Shown: positions 26,501 through 39,313 of the stretch, one piece after another
Numbering within the stretch: position 1 is the first letter of the stretch
Layout: the number at the start of each line of letters is the position of its first letter
NCBI GenBank assembly: GCA_965113315.1
Contig: OZ220372.1
Reading direction: 5' to 3' (one strand)
DNA from: Podarcis vaucheri
Taxonomy: Eukaryota
Length of the DNA stretch: 64,000 nt
The notes under the pieces: generated by a model
What the model was told of the DNA's origin: nothing
The model's database searches: none
What the model saw: the letters and a program-made list of their open reading frames with translations, nothing else
Program-made: the position numbers and the translations under genes

Positions 26501-26634
26501 AAAAGGATTCACCTGTGCCTGAAAGATCACCTTTGGGGCCCTCGCACAAAGAGCGGATCTCATTTCGAGACCATCCACTTCAGCTCAGCGGTGGATGGGG
26601 AAGTGGCAAAAAGAAGGCAAAAGCTTTGAAATAG
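26501..26634 (+). CDS. LRRIQ1: LRRIQ1 distal terminal coding exon: (K)KDSPVPERSPLGPSHKERISFRDHPLQLSGGWGSGKKKAKALK*
   Basis: Acceptor tttcttcttgtgtag|. Phase 1 fits the 16261 donor. Open for 43 codons to TAG 26632-26634. GC- and CpG-richer than its flanks. Followed by an AT-rich UTR and a poly(A) signal. Confidence 0.78.
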
Positions 26635-27689
26635 TCATTGGACCTTCAGCATTTAAAACATGTGGTGAGCCTGTGCATTGCCATTCTTTTTGGATTCTGC
26701 AGATAGAAAGTTCCTCAGCTCCATGTATTCTGTATTTTATTTTACGCTGCATGATTTCCCACCTTTTCTTCTTCTTCTTTGGCTAAGTTCTTTTATAAAT
26801 ATCAGAGAAATTACAATATTTGTATCTGAAATTTATTTTTGCAGTATGGTTTAAAAGCATGTATGGAATTATTATAAAGTGGCTGGTGTGATCCGGTGAA
26901 CAAATGGATGTATACGTACAATAATGGTTTGTGATTGTGCAGTGGTATGTGACCGAGATAGCCTGATCCACAGTTGGATTTAAGTACATGTGTTTAAACT
27001 CGTTTCCTGTACCTCTCAATCAAGCAAAACAAATCAAAATCAAATTGGCCCAAATCTAGGTATTTTGCTTCTCTGCTTTGTAGATTGGAATATGTATCTG
27101 TTAAAAAGTAAAATGTGGAATGTCCATCTTATTCCAAACATATTAATGTTGTAAATATGTTTTGTGTAAAAAATGCATCAATTTCTCCCCAGCAGTTGCA
27201 CACCCCAGTGGGGTGAATGAATGCACATTCACAGCACATTAAAATTCAGTAATGTGATATTAAGATCTGTTTCATAATTCCAAATTATGTTTATTATTTT
27301 GTGGTACATTGGCAGTCTTCTTACTTTTCAGGTCTGCTACCCTATTTTCCAGAATTAAAGTATAACTTTTAACATCACACAACAATTTTGTCCTAGCCTA
27401 TTACTTCAGTATCGGTCAAAATCTACCCTTTTGTAGCCTCATGATGAGTCCGTCCCTTCCATGCCACTGATACTAATGTTGTTTGCATTACTTCAATGCA
27501 TGTATGCTTTTCTTACTGAAGCAATGTTTCGGTTAGCATGGTACAAATTGCTGACAGAATCTGGAGAAACAATTCTTTGGTTTTAAACTCTTCTATTTAC
27601 TTTGGTGTCATTATATCCCACTGGAGCCTTGACCCACTCGGAAATACTGTTGAAATAGAAAAGCTAAGACAAAAATCAAGGCTTCAGTC

Positions 27690-27732
27690 AATAAAAATAA
27701 AAAAGATGTATTAATATGTTGTGGCTGTGTTT
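27690..27732 (+). terminator. Probable LRRIQ1 polyadenylation signal
   Basis: Tandem AATAAA AATAAA at 27690-27701, then a GT-rich downstream element (tatgttgtggctgtgttt), about 1.05 kb after the stop codon. Confidence 0.55.
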
Positions 27733-28295
27733 AGAATATATTATACATTCCCTGGCACAGTAAAGTTCCTATCATGTTGTCTGTTTTCATTAATGTCTTC
27801 AAGTTAATATGGTTTGGAAATGTTTCTCTTTGTCTAAGACCACCGTAGGAAAAACCAAAGCAGTATGGACCTCTAATATTTTTTATGGCTGGGTTTGCGA
27901 TAAATAGAAAATTGCACATTCGTCTTGCCAGCTATTTACTGCACACAAAGATTTGGGTATTGAATTACAATCTGTATTTTAATGTCTCATGTCATAATTC
28001 ATTTTTTAAAATGAAAATGCTGCTAAACAGATGGTTTCAGCTTTCAGACTTACCTGCCCAACACTTGGATTTAAGAAGATGCAGTCCAAAACCCTAAGCA
28101 CACTCACTTGGAAATAAAGTGCAGTGAAAATCAGTTGTGCAAAGTTGCTAGCTGTAAATTCACTGATGTCCAAGTATTCTCATTTTAAGACATTTCAGAA
28201 TTGAGCTGTCCAGGTTAAAATCTCAGCAGTGGAATTCTGTTCAGGAAGAATGCCATTTCTACTCTGAAAAGTTTCCCATTCGTGGTGTGTGACTT

Positions 28296-28485
28296 GTCAC
28301 ATCCACACCATATGTTTAAAGCAGTCCTTTACCACTTTAACAGTTATGGCTTCTCCTCCAAAAGCCTGGAATCTGTAGTTTGTTAAGGGTCTCCAATGAC
28401 TCTCAGCACACTTAACAAACTATAGTTCCCAAGATTCTTTGGGGGAAGCCACAACTATTTAAGTTGTATGAGATGTGGATGTGAC
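28296..28485. mobile_element. Palindromic MITE
   Basis: 12-bp perfect TIR GTCACATCCACA / TGTGGATGTGAC plus inner arms tagtttgttaag / cttaacaaacta. Related fragment near 31210-31310. Confidence 0.75.
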
Positions 28486-28895
28486 CTTAGAATGGGGAGC
28501 CTTGACAGCAAAGCATACAGGATGGCCACAGTCCACTTGCTCAACCTAACCTGCCTTCCAGGGATGGAGTTAAAAGAAGAGAGGGAGCTATATATACTGT
28601 TTTGAAGTCCTTGGGAAAAGTGTGGAATATAATTCTGATAGACGTCCATCAACAGAAGTGCCCATGAAGAAGCTACTAAATTAAAATGGTGGATACCAGT
28701 AGCCCTCTTTCAGACATTACTTGCTTGAAAGGGGAAGGCATGGGGAAAGACAGTGCATGTTTAACCCCATTCAACATGCTTCTCACACGAGTAGTGCCTG
28801 AAGAGAGCTTCAGTGAAGCTGCAATCCTAGACACACTTAACTGAGATTAAGGCCCACTGAATTCAATGTGATTTACTGCTGAGTAGACCATTTTA

Positions 28896-29247
28896 GGGAC
28901 GTGGGTGGCACTGTGGGTTAAACCACAGAGCCTAGGGCTTGCTGGTCAGAAGGTTGGCAGTTTGAATCCCTGCAACAGAGTGAGCTCCCGTTGCTCAGTC
29001 CCTGCTCCTGCCAACCTGGTAGTTCAAAAGCACGTCAAAGTGCAAGTAGATAAATAGGTACCTCTCTGGCAGGAAGGTAAATGGTGTTTCCGTGCGCTGC
29101 TCTGGTTCGCCAGAAAGTGGCTTAGTCATGCTGGCCAAATGACCCGGAAGCTGTATGCCGGCTCCCTCGGCCAGTAAAGTGAGATGAGCGCCGCAACCCC
29201 AGAGTCGTCCACAACTGGACCTAACAGTCAGGGGTCCCTTTACCTTT
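28896..29247 (+). mobile_element. Full-length Sauria SINE
   Basis: tRNA-like head, ggggtccctttaccttt tail, TSD AGACCATTTTA / AGACCATGTTTA. Confidence 0.93.
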
Positions 29248-30779
29248 AGACCATGTTTAAGATTGCAATGCATTATTGCCATACCTTGAGCCGAACCCCA
29301 TTTTGGCTGTAAGCCTTATTATGCTTCTAAGTATGAAAACTGAGCTTCATGTAGGCTGGGACATTGAAAGTCAGTGTCTTTGACTCCAGGTGAAGTTACT
29401 TCCAATAGGTTGTTAATTGCATATTGTGTGCCTGTTTCATGAGTGATTACAGTTTGACATGTTTGCTCCTCTGCAGCCTATTTATGGCAATGGCCTTGAT
29501 TCCCAGTGCAATCCAAACAAAATGGCAGCTGTGGGAAGGGGGATAACAGTGGCAGGCAAGCACTTCCCATATGGGGGTGATTGCATGATGCACAGGCATT
29601 TGTGTAGCCATGCTAGCGCCCTGTGTTGTGGAACTTTGAATCCCTGGACTTCAGACCATGTTTGTGGCAAAGCAGGTTTCTAGTCCTCATAAGCAAAATT
29701 CTAAAGAAACCTATACAAATTGTGAACCACAGAAAGCAAATCACAGCCAAGAATTATTTCCCTTTTCACTATGCTCACTAGTCTTTGCCTCCTTTTGCCT
29801 TCATCAGACTGGAAAAGGATTTTTTTTTATTTAAAAAAAATGTTTTAACTCCTAATGAAATAATGCTGAGATGTTAAAGTACAAGAACTTGGTATGACTT
29901 ACATCAGAGAAAACAACTGAATGGAAATATCTTGCTGCCAGAATTGTACAAGAAGCCCAATATCTGTTGCAGAAACATCCTAGACTGGGATTTTCAGCAT
30001 ATGCACTGTGGGGTAGGGAGAGGCAGATGCTGGCTTCAAGTTTTGCCCTGACTCTGCTACTAGTAGGTGAGATGAGCTATCAATATCCTTGCATATAAAA
30101 CAAAGTGTTTTATTTGTTACTTTGTTATGCATTTTTGTGTTTTTATATTTAAACCACCTTGTGATCCTCAGATGAAGGGCAGTATAGAAATCTAATAAAT
30201 AATAATCACAGACTTGTCACCCAGAACACATTTTAAGTAGTGCTAAAAGCAGCTGCTCATTCATGTGAAAGTGATCCAAATGGGGTTGTCCGTTACCTTC
30301 CATTTCAATTTATTTCCCAATCCAATACAGTTCTGGACGCTTGGCTATTTTCTAGTTATAAAATCTATTAGTTCACTCCATCTCTGGGTGGTGAAGGGCT
30401 GGAAATCGTGTGAGGAAGTTGCCACTGACCTCAGTAGTGGCAGGGTACAGTGTAGACACGCGCACAACAATCCTTTTTAAATGCGTTCCACTCGTGGCGA
30501 AAGGCGTTGTTTTCTTTGACCTGCAAAACTAGCCTTAGTACAAAGATTCAGATTCCAAGTACCCTAACACCTTCCCAGAGGCTACAACGCTGGAGGTGGC
30601 TGAACTGCCGTTCCGGTTAAGTTCTTAGTATTCTCTGCAAATCAGGATTGCTGATCCCAAATCCAATCTCTCGTCGTTCGGGGCGCTGTTTTATGGGCCT
30701 GGCTGGGCTCCGATTTGGCCCCAGGTGGGTCAGAGTGGACGGCTTCGTCCAATAGCTGCGTATTCGTGTTTCTAAGGCT

Positions 30780-30807
30780 TCCTTCCTCCCTCCTTCCCTC
30801 CCTCCCT

Positions 30808-30853
<46 letters not shown>

Positions 30854-30868
30854 TACACACACACACAC
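30780..30868. repeat. Pyrimidine tract, (TC)n and (CA)n compound microsatellite
   Basis: Direct reading. Confidence 0.95.
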
Positions 30869-33800
30869 GTTATTTGTACCGCGTGTGAATATTAACGAAC
30901 AAGTCGGTCTCTTGAACAGAATCCGGCTGAGTCCATTTTAAAGAGGCTAGAGATACCAAAACAGGTTTTCCTCTGTGTTGATCTGTGAAAGCAAATCTAG
31001 GCAGCGCTATAAACTTTGTTCGGTTAAATGGTTGGGATTCATTCATTGATGAATCTATGTGGCGGTCAGTTTCAATCGATAGGTGCAGTTTGTAACTTAG
31101 GAGACGTGAGTTTTCAAGACTCACCATTATAGTGGGAATTTCCTTTAGCATATCATCAAACCAGGAGAACTTACAAATAATAAGGTTTGGGGATTATGCA
31201 AAGTGATACAGGCCCACCCAATACATTCAAAGCACATTTAAAGCACGACCTCCTCCCAAAGAATCTCGGGAACTGTAGCTTTTAAGGCTACTGGGAATTG
31301 TAGCTCTTTAAGGCGAAGCTGCTTGTTTTGTGACTCCTCTATTCATACAACGAACGCATCTTTCCCGATTTGTTTTCCAAAATTATCATCATCATGATAA
31401 AACCTCGAATGACAAAGATCCACATCCGAAACCAATAACGCTACACTGTGAACTATGACTATGGGCGCCTTCCCAGGAGCCTGATCCCGAAGTGTCCGGC
31501 TGAAATGACTGGGCCTTCTTCCCAAGGAAATGGGCTTGGAGATCGGAAGCTGAAAGAGCCCTCAAGCCGCCGCCCCCCGCCCACTCCCTGGGGCTAATAA
31601 ACTAAATTTGGGCTGCTTGAAATCCGTTGCAAACCTCTGTCCCGCAGCAAGTGCCCCTTTCAGTTCCACGACAGAGGCGCCTCTGGAAGCGAAGGACTCT
31701 CCAGCTCTGATTTCTAAGGGCACATGCTTCGGATCACGCCGCTTCCAATTACATGTAGTATATCTTGACCTGAAGACATCAAAAAGAAATAGTTCCTTCA
31801 CCGTCTGAGGGTGGGGGTGTCTAAAATTGGGAGTATTTGTTTTATTTATTTATGGTTTACTTATCTGGCCCGCCTGCCGAAGCCCAGAGAACTATGCCAA
31901 ACATACAGCATAGATACGGCTATGCCCAAAATACAGCCCAGATGTCCAAAAACAGTAACAAGGAAAGCGAATTATAATTACCATCAAATCAGGGTAGAAG
32001 AGAGGATCGCGCCCCAGATGTTAAGCGCACTGGGTGGAAATAAATGCAAGATTCTCCCTGCGTTGAAATCGGGGCTCCGATCTACCGCAAGCCAGTTACT
32101 GTGGAGGAGCTTGTCAGTGAGAAAATCCTTTACCCTAGCAGGTCAAACCTCAGTCGTAGGGTCGGGGAGCTTGTGCTTTCCACGGTCTGCTTTCCACGCC
32201 TTGCGTGGAAGCTGACCCAGTAACTTTCCCTCCCGCGCTTTGGAGAGCTGAAACCGACACGAGTGAGACTTCGGCTGCTTTGAAACGGGCCGTCGAGGAA
32301 CAGTGCCTGCCTGCTGATGAACAGGCCTTTTGATACCACAACAAATCTGAGAGTTTGGGGAGCCACAAGATTGCTGCCCAAAACTCAACGTGGTTTTATC
32401 GCTCTGGCAGTCTGCCGTGCGAGGAAGAGCGAGAACAGCGCGCGATGCACTCTGGGATGGATGTCTTCTTGTCCCATTGAACTGAAAGGTTGTGGGTTAT
32501 GACTTCCCATCACGGGGAGGGGGAACCGCCTGTTCGTGTCGGTGAAGGTTTTTTTGTTTGTTTGTTTTTTAATACACACATACACCCCCCCCCCCACTTA
32601 GAGACCTATCTTCTGAGCATCATTCTACTATTCGGTAAATTCCAGTGCGCTCAGTAGGACTTGCTCCCAAGTAAGTATGCATAAGCTTATAGAACACAAT
32701 CTCCAACGAGGTTTCTTTCCCTTGCGGGAGCTTCGCCGACTTGAATGAGAGCTGAAACAAAACAGAAAGACATATAGCAGATTGGGATGGCTTTTCAACC
32801 TGAATACTGTAACAAAAATTCCAAGCAAGCCATATTTTTAAAAGTATAAAGAAAACACCGATCCTAAACATCCGGCCACTCCGCCTCAATTTTCCTATAC
32901 ACATCTTTATTTGGAAGCAAATAAGACGATCTTTTTAAATACGTGTATAAGGACCTGGTCGTGTGAAGCCTGATGCTCATCAACCTTGCGCAGCTCTCAT
33001 TCAAGTCCATCGGGCTTGCACAGGGGAAAAAAAACTTCCATAGGATTGGACCTACGCAGTGCAATGTTTACTTAGGAAAAGGAATCCCAGGTAACCATGT
33101 ATAGGATTGCAGTGTGCTGGGTGACAAGTCAGACCCTTTGCAATAAAACCCAGCTCGACATACGAAGTCTCCAGTCAGCAATGGAATCCGGGAAGCGCCA
33201 ATGGTCAGAGAGTCTATCTCGGGTTTATTTTTAGGGAGATAGACCATCTACTTCCGTCGTTAGAATTCACCGGCTCTTCTGCAATTGGGGAAAAACAACA
33301 ACACACTGACCCGATTTCAAAACGGGGCGTCATTTGTTTCTCTTGCGCTTACTTACAAAGCAGTCGGAACATTTGGTGCCTGGCTGAGAATATGCTAATG
33401 GCCCAGTCGAAACGCTCTTTGGGAACTGGGGAATCAGTTCCATTGAAACCAGGGGCGGCGTGGATGTGGGATGGGTGACAGCAAAGTATTCGGCTTTATT
33501 GGGTGAAGCTGAGAGCGGGAGCCAGTGCGCCACTGCTAGCCAGCCCAGCCGACTTGATCGCAATGGAACTGGCGTCCGAGGGAGCCTGTTTAGGATCTGG
33601 GTGTACCTTTCGGACACCTGACTCCCTGGCGGGAGAGGGGAGCTTTGCTTTTGATCAAGGGCTCGAAGCAATGACAGTATAAACGAGCAGAGAGGAAAAA
33701 ATTCTCTCCTACTGAGCTCGCCCTTTTCCGCACTGGAGGGGATCTACAGCGAAGAAAAAAAGACCTTGCCAGACAAACGAAAATATGATCGCATCTGGTA

Positions 33801-35580
33801 CCCCACCTTATTCCTAACACGTTTCCCATGTGATTCAACTTTCCTGTCAATTACGGTTAGAACTGAACGGCCAGACCTGCGCAGACTGTGTGGATTTGTT
33901 CAGAAATAAGTTCCAGGAAGATCGTGGGCATGACTAGAGGAACCTGTTCCTTTAAATTTTGCGCCGCGCCTAATGCATTTTATATTAAACTATATTGTAT
34001 TGTATGTCATCATTATTGGCATTCACTGTTCGACAGGCTCACAATCTATAATAAACAACCCTAGTAGTATACGGAGGGACATACTGGCAGCCTCTCAGTC
34101 CGATCCTGGGCATACTTCATCTGAAACAAGTCTCACCAAGTTGAAAAGGATGTATTGCACTGCACTGCGTTATGTTGAGTTGCATCCTATTGTATTGTGA
34201 TTTAGTGCTAAGGTTGCAGTCCTATGCACACTTACTTTGGAGTAAGTCCCGTCGAAATCTGTTGGCCCCTGAAACAGGAAGTCTCAGCAGCGCCGGGTCC
34301 CCTCTTTACCAGTAAAAATGCAACACATTAAATAACTAACAATTTGCTGCGCTTTTATGAAGCTCAAAATCAGAGGCAGTCGCTTTACTGTTGCTAATGA
34401 TAGGGCCGGCGCTTACCACACCCACCCCATAAAATCTGTTAAGTCTTCTCTGCGCCACAGCAACAAACTAACGGAGTTCAACAAGTTGTCGCTTTCTAGT
34501 AAGTGTAAACAGGATCGCAACCTTGAAGGAAACACACGGCTGCCTTGCAGATTTTAACGCCCCTTCCAAAACTTACGTTCACTGCAAAATCTTGGGAAAG
34601 TGTTAACTATCCTCTCTCCTGCTTCTAGGGTCCTGCCTCACCGAACTGGATTCTGTCCCTGGGCAGTTTTTATTTTAGGATAAAACAGCACGCTCGCCTT
34701 CAGTGCTAAAGAGGCCGCTTTGTTGCCACCTCCGCAGAGCGCTAATTTCGGGGTCTTCCCTCGGAGACGTGTGATTCCATTACAGCCAGTGGCGCAGCTT
34801 CGTGGCCGAAACCCTTTCCAAACTGCGGCGGCTGCAGAGCACAAAGGCAGCTCTTGTTGGGCTGGGGACAGGCTGAGATGAATTCGTTCAGGTTCTTTTG
34901 AAGCAGAAAACCCCCGATTCTGCGCTGCTGGACTTTGGCCCGAGCATTTCAAATGCAGCGAAGCGGGCTTTGAAACAGTGCGCGCGCAGGGCACTCCAAA
35001 GCTTCGCCTCAGTCCAAATTGACTGCGGAATTGGAATCGCAACCGAGGGCGCGTGGATGTCTAAGGCAAGTCTAGGCTGGGGAATGGCTATCTGATCAGC
35101 TTCTATGCTCTTCACTGGCAGGTCAACATCGCCTCTGATCTCTCCCCCCCCACCCCCCATCTGTAGGTATGCAGAGTTCCTCCCCAAAACACTAACACGG
35201 AAATTTCCGGACCCAACAAAGGTTGGATCAGTCGTGCTGTGACCCTAAAACTTACTCGGCTGAAATCTAAGGAGCTTCCTAGTAAATAAACGGGGAACTC
35301 ACCAAATACACACCCCGGCCTTTGAATTTTTGCACTGCATCACTCAGGGTTTGGACACAGATCGTAATGGGTGCGGGTCTCTTACAGAAAAAGAAAAGAA
35401 AACACCATTGTTTCCTATACAATGCATGTCTACTAGTCCAGCTGAGTCCCAGGGTCCTCCTTCCAGAGCAGGTTTTGTTCCTCTGTGCTGTTTAACGAGG
35501 AAGCACTGCAAGAAGCGAGGAGGACGAGCTCTGGAGCAGTCCTCGTGAAAGACACGCTTTACAGAGCGATCTTCTAACTA

Positions 35581-35870
35581 GGGCTGCATTCACACGACAG
35601 TTAATTCCGTTTCCGTCCCTTTTCCCTAACTGTTAAGTTCTGCGTTATATTTGAGCTTTCCCGCTATGTAAAAGCCACTTCTGGAACTACAGTGGAACAC
35701 AGTGCGACTTTAGCGCTCGTTTCCGTGTTATTTGCTTCCAGGGTCAAAATGCGTTTTCAGATAAAATGGAAATGAGCGCTAAACTAGCGCTGTATTCCAC
35801 TACTGCTCTGGAAGTGGCTTTCACCTCGTGTGAGAGCTCAACTATAATGAGGAAATGTCCTAAAAATGGA
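35581..35870. mobile_element. Long palindromic MITE-like element
   Basis: About 80-bp inverted arms at 35645-35724 and 35768-35847; begins GGGCTGCATTCACAC. Confidence 0.65.
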
Positions 35871-35871
35871 A

Positions 35872-36075
35872 TAAAGTGCCAGAGTGTCGAACTAGGACCT
35901 GGGAGACCGGAGTTCAAATCCCCACTCAGTTACGAAACATAGTGGGTGACTTTGGGCCAGTCACTCAACCTACCTCGCAGGATTGTTCTGAGGATAAACT
36001 GGAGAGGCGGGGAACTATGTACGCTACCTTGAGCCCCTTGGAGGAAAGGTGCGCTATAAATGTAAAACTAAAACA
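35872..36075 (+). mobile_element. MIR/L2-tail-like SINE
   Basis: B box GAGTTCAAATCC, gtgactttgggccagtcac core, gaaaggtgcgctataaatg tail. Confidence 0.7.
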
Positions 36076-38218
36076 AAACTCACGAGTTAAGCCCCATTAC
36101 TTTAATGGATCTTACTCCCAGAAAAGTAGGCATATGAATGCAGTCTTATGCTGATACTGGGTTTCACTTCGCTTGCTTAATCCTCCAGTTCTCATCCATC
36201 GACTCCTTCGTGTGGATGTGTGAGAGAGACAGGGTTCACTGTGTGGATGAACTACAGGACCCGATCATGCAGCAGTCTTAACGCCACCCTAAGCAGTGTG
36301 CCAGGCAGTCTAATGGACACGTCAGGGACTAATCCCACTGAGACCTGGTTGTCACTGTACTACTGGTCTGCCTGGCATGCTCCACAACAGACCGCAGGTA
36401 AGGAGGGGCTCACACGTCTGAAAGACCATTCATTCTGAAAGACCATTCATTGCATACATTTTTTAATGAGATAAAATAAATTCCTCCACACTTGGTGTGG
36501 AAGGGTGGACTACATCTCTAGGGAAAGTCTATGTTAGAGCCCTGCTCTTGGTCATGATGTTACCCTACACACATACCCTGCTGCCCCCAAGCATTGTGCA
36601 GTGGGACAGTCCAGAAACATGTTTGCCTCAGTGGTACTTCGCTTTACAGGACGTTTGCCAGAGGCCGTAGTCCATGCTGATGCGGAAGTCAGTCCCATTC
36701 AACTGGCACCGAAGTAAGCCTGGTTAAGAACACATCAGATATACCGCTTGCACTTTTTAGCATCTTAGTTGCACAGTTTCTTGGATTTCAGCAGGATCTG
36801 GATGGAAGAGGTCGCCAGGCTGAGTCCCATTCCCTTGGGGCCTCTTCTCAATTCGCTTATAAAATGTGGGGGAGGGGTGTCTTGAAAAAGGCTCACGTCG
36901 CTTTCCTAATCCTAACAACAACAACGATCACTGTGCGCTCTGCCGCAGAAGCAGCCCAGAGGCTTTTGCTGGTACCTCGAAGGCAGCCTGTAACGTCAAG
37001 CATTCATGGCGCTTCCCAGACAAAATGAGCAATAGCTACCCGACTGTCCACGTGAAAACGTCAGTATTTAAACGAAGGGTTTGAAAAATATGTTCGACTC
37101 GGCGGAAAGCGAAAGGAGGCACGCTTGCTCAAATATTATGAGCAGACCTGGTGACCGCAAAGTCCCTTTTCAGCATTCACCTCGACGCTTAGGGTGTATT
37201 TTCAAAGGGCAGGCTCCCCTTCAAGGGGGCGGAGGGAGAGAGAGAGAGCCAAGAATAGGCACGAAACCGACGGCTTGAAACTGACCAGGATCCCTCCGCT
37301 GGAACACACGCGCCCCACGCCGCAGGTACAGAAGCCCACCCCAAGCGCACCATGGCGCGCACGCCCGGCAGAACTGCGCCAGACGCTTTTAGCAACAGGA
37401 ATGTCACTTTCCCCTCAGCCTGAGACTGGTTTACTCGCGAGTCAGGGCACTTAGGCTCGCAGCCAACAGACCTGCCCCTACTACATTGCATCGTTTTCTT
37501 AACACCAAAGGTTAGGCGGTTTACGTTTGTGTGAAAGAGCAAATATTTCTCTCATTTTTAGCAAGTCAGCCAGAATTTCAACTCAATAAAGTTCTCTCTT
37601 TCTTTCTCTCTCCCCTTCCCACTCTTCCCCTCTTTCTCTCTCTCCCGTTTGCCTTTCTCTTGCTGTAGAACCTTAGCGTAAGTTGGACGGTCGTTGTACC
37701 TTAATCCTAAACATGATAGAAAAACTAGGCAAAAAAAATATCCTTTTGCAGCACGACCTTCCGTCTGGTTGACAGTGAACTTCGCTGCACACAGCATATC
37801 GAAGCACTTAAACTCAAAGGCAACTTCTTTGGGTGTCTCCCCCTCTTACCCATTGTAACAATATTTGAGAGAAGGATGTTAAAACTGAGCTTTTAAAAAT
37901 CAGTGCTGTTTGGGGCAATCCTATGAGCAGTTTGCAACTCCTATTTAGCCTTGACCAGTGTTCAGTATTCATGCTGTCACTCTTAGAATTTATTCCAAGG
38001 CAATTTTAATGATACTGGATATTTCAGTGGGAAAGTGAATCGTGTGCTTTTCTTCCATTGAAATGAAGAGAACTTACAAATGCTGAACTGGATGTTATCA
38101 GTCCTTGGGGTTTAGCACTGAGAATCGATCTAAGGTATTGTAGTATCAAAATTCTGGGCTCAAATCCAGTCCCATGCAGTTTCCATCGGAAGTAACTCCC
38201 ACTCTTTTAGCGTTGCAG

Positions 38219-38332
38219 TCATAGAATCATAGGGAAGGGACCCTGGGGGTCATCTAGTCCAACCCCCTGCAATACAGGAATATGCAGTCCAGGGATCGAA
38301 CCTTGACGTTATCAGCACCACACTCCAATCAG
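38219..38332 (-). mobile_element. tRNA-derived SINE with CR1-type tail
   Basis: Homologous to 10541-10694 (catagaatcata, ggaagggaccctg, catctagtccaaccccctgcaa, ggatcgaacc). Confidence 0.75.
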
Positions 38333-39313
38333 TCGTTCTGTGGGTTTTACTTTGGAGAGACGTAACACCTGAATAGGATCAGGCTGCGCAGCACCATCAG
38401 ACCTAGCAAATGAGCTTCAGTGTGCTCAAGATGGGATGCATAGCATCAAAGAGAAGAGGAACCGGACATGGAAAGGGCAAATGCGCCGGGGGAGGATGAC
38501 CTACAAACTAAGCGCGGTTGGCTCAACCAATCCTGCGCCACGTTTGAATAGATCGCCCTTTGAGAGAATGGGTTGTATCCAACTATGCTAAACTCAGAGT
38601 AGACCTATTGAAATCAAAGGGTCTAAATTCGCCCGCCCGTTAGTTTCAGTGGGTCTACTCTGAGTAGGACGAACATTAGACAGGACCAGGTGGGAAACCC
38701 CAGGGCTATGATTCCTCTAGGAAATATTCCTTCAGCCATCATGGGGCAGCTTAGGATGGGTCCAGAGTCCAGTGGAGCTAGAATCCAACTCCGAGGTAAG
38801 TTTCTATTCAGGAAGCTGCTTCTTCCCAGCCCTGTCCCACTGTTTCCATACTAAAACAGCAATCGTGGGAACAAGCCCATTGAATTCAGTGAGATTTCCG
38901 AGTTCACCTGCACAGTTCTGCAGTGTCCTGACCCCATTTGCATTTTATTGGAAGGTTAAAGAAATCCGGACTTACTTCCAAATAAGCTTGTGCGTAACGA
39001 GTTTAACCGCAGGCACGATTATTTGGGAGTAAGACAAACTGAAGGAAAGGCTTTCTTGGAGTAAACCTGCATAGGCTGCATGGCGTCCATATGCATACTT
39101 ACTGAAGAGTAATTCCCATTGCACTCCGGGGAACTTTATTTTGGGTAAGCTCCTGCTGCGTAAAGGGAGATTGCGCCCTTAGCGCTTTTTTTTTTTTTTG
39201 GTACCACGTGTGAAGGCTCTCGATGGGGGATAAATCAAATCGAGTGGGCTTTCTTTCCGGGGCTGCCATTGTAATCGCGTTGGTTGCAAAGCGGGGGGCC
39301 TGATGATGGTGAC

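Larger units (their letters stand above)
1..27715 (+). other. LRRIQ1: 3' part of LRRIQ1 transcription unit (introns, last 4 coding exons, 3'UTR); 5' part lies upstream of the window
   Basis: Four exons with canonical AG/GT sites splice in compatible phases (1-2, 2-0, 0-1, 1-stop). Peptides match the recalled LRRIQ1 C-terminus. LRRIQ1 is the known upstream same-strand neighbour of ALX1. Confidence 0.85.

Noticed and set aside
26355-26549. Minus-strand poly-Q ORF
   Set aside because: Translation of the (TTG)n microsatellite, antisense to the LRRIQ1 terminal exon.
30421-30605. CTCF-like motifs at the left edge of the CpG domain (CAGTAGTGGCAG, CTGGAGGTGGC)
   Set aside because: Only partial consensus matches; cannot be supported without a PWM scan or ChIP data.
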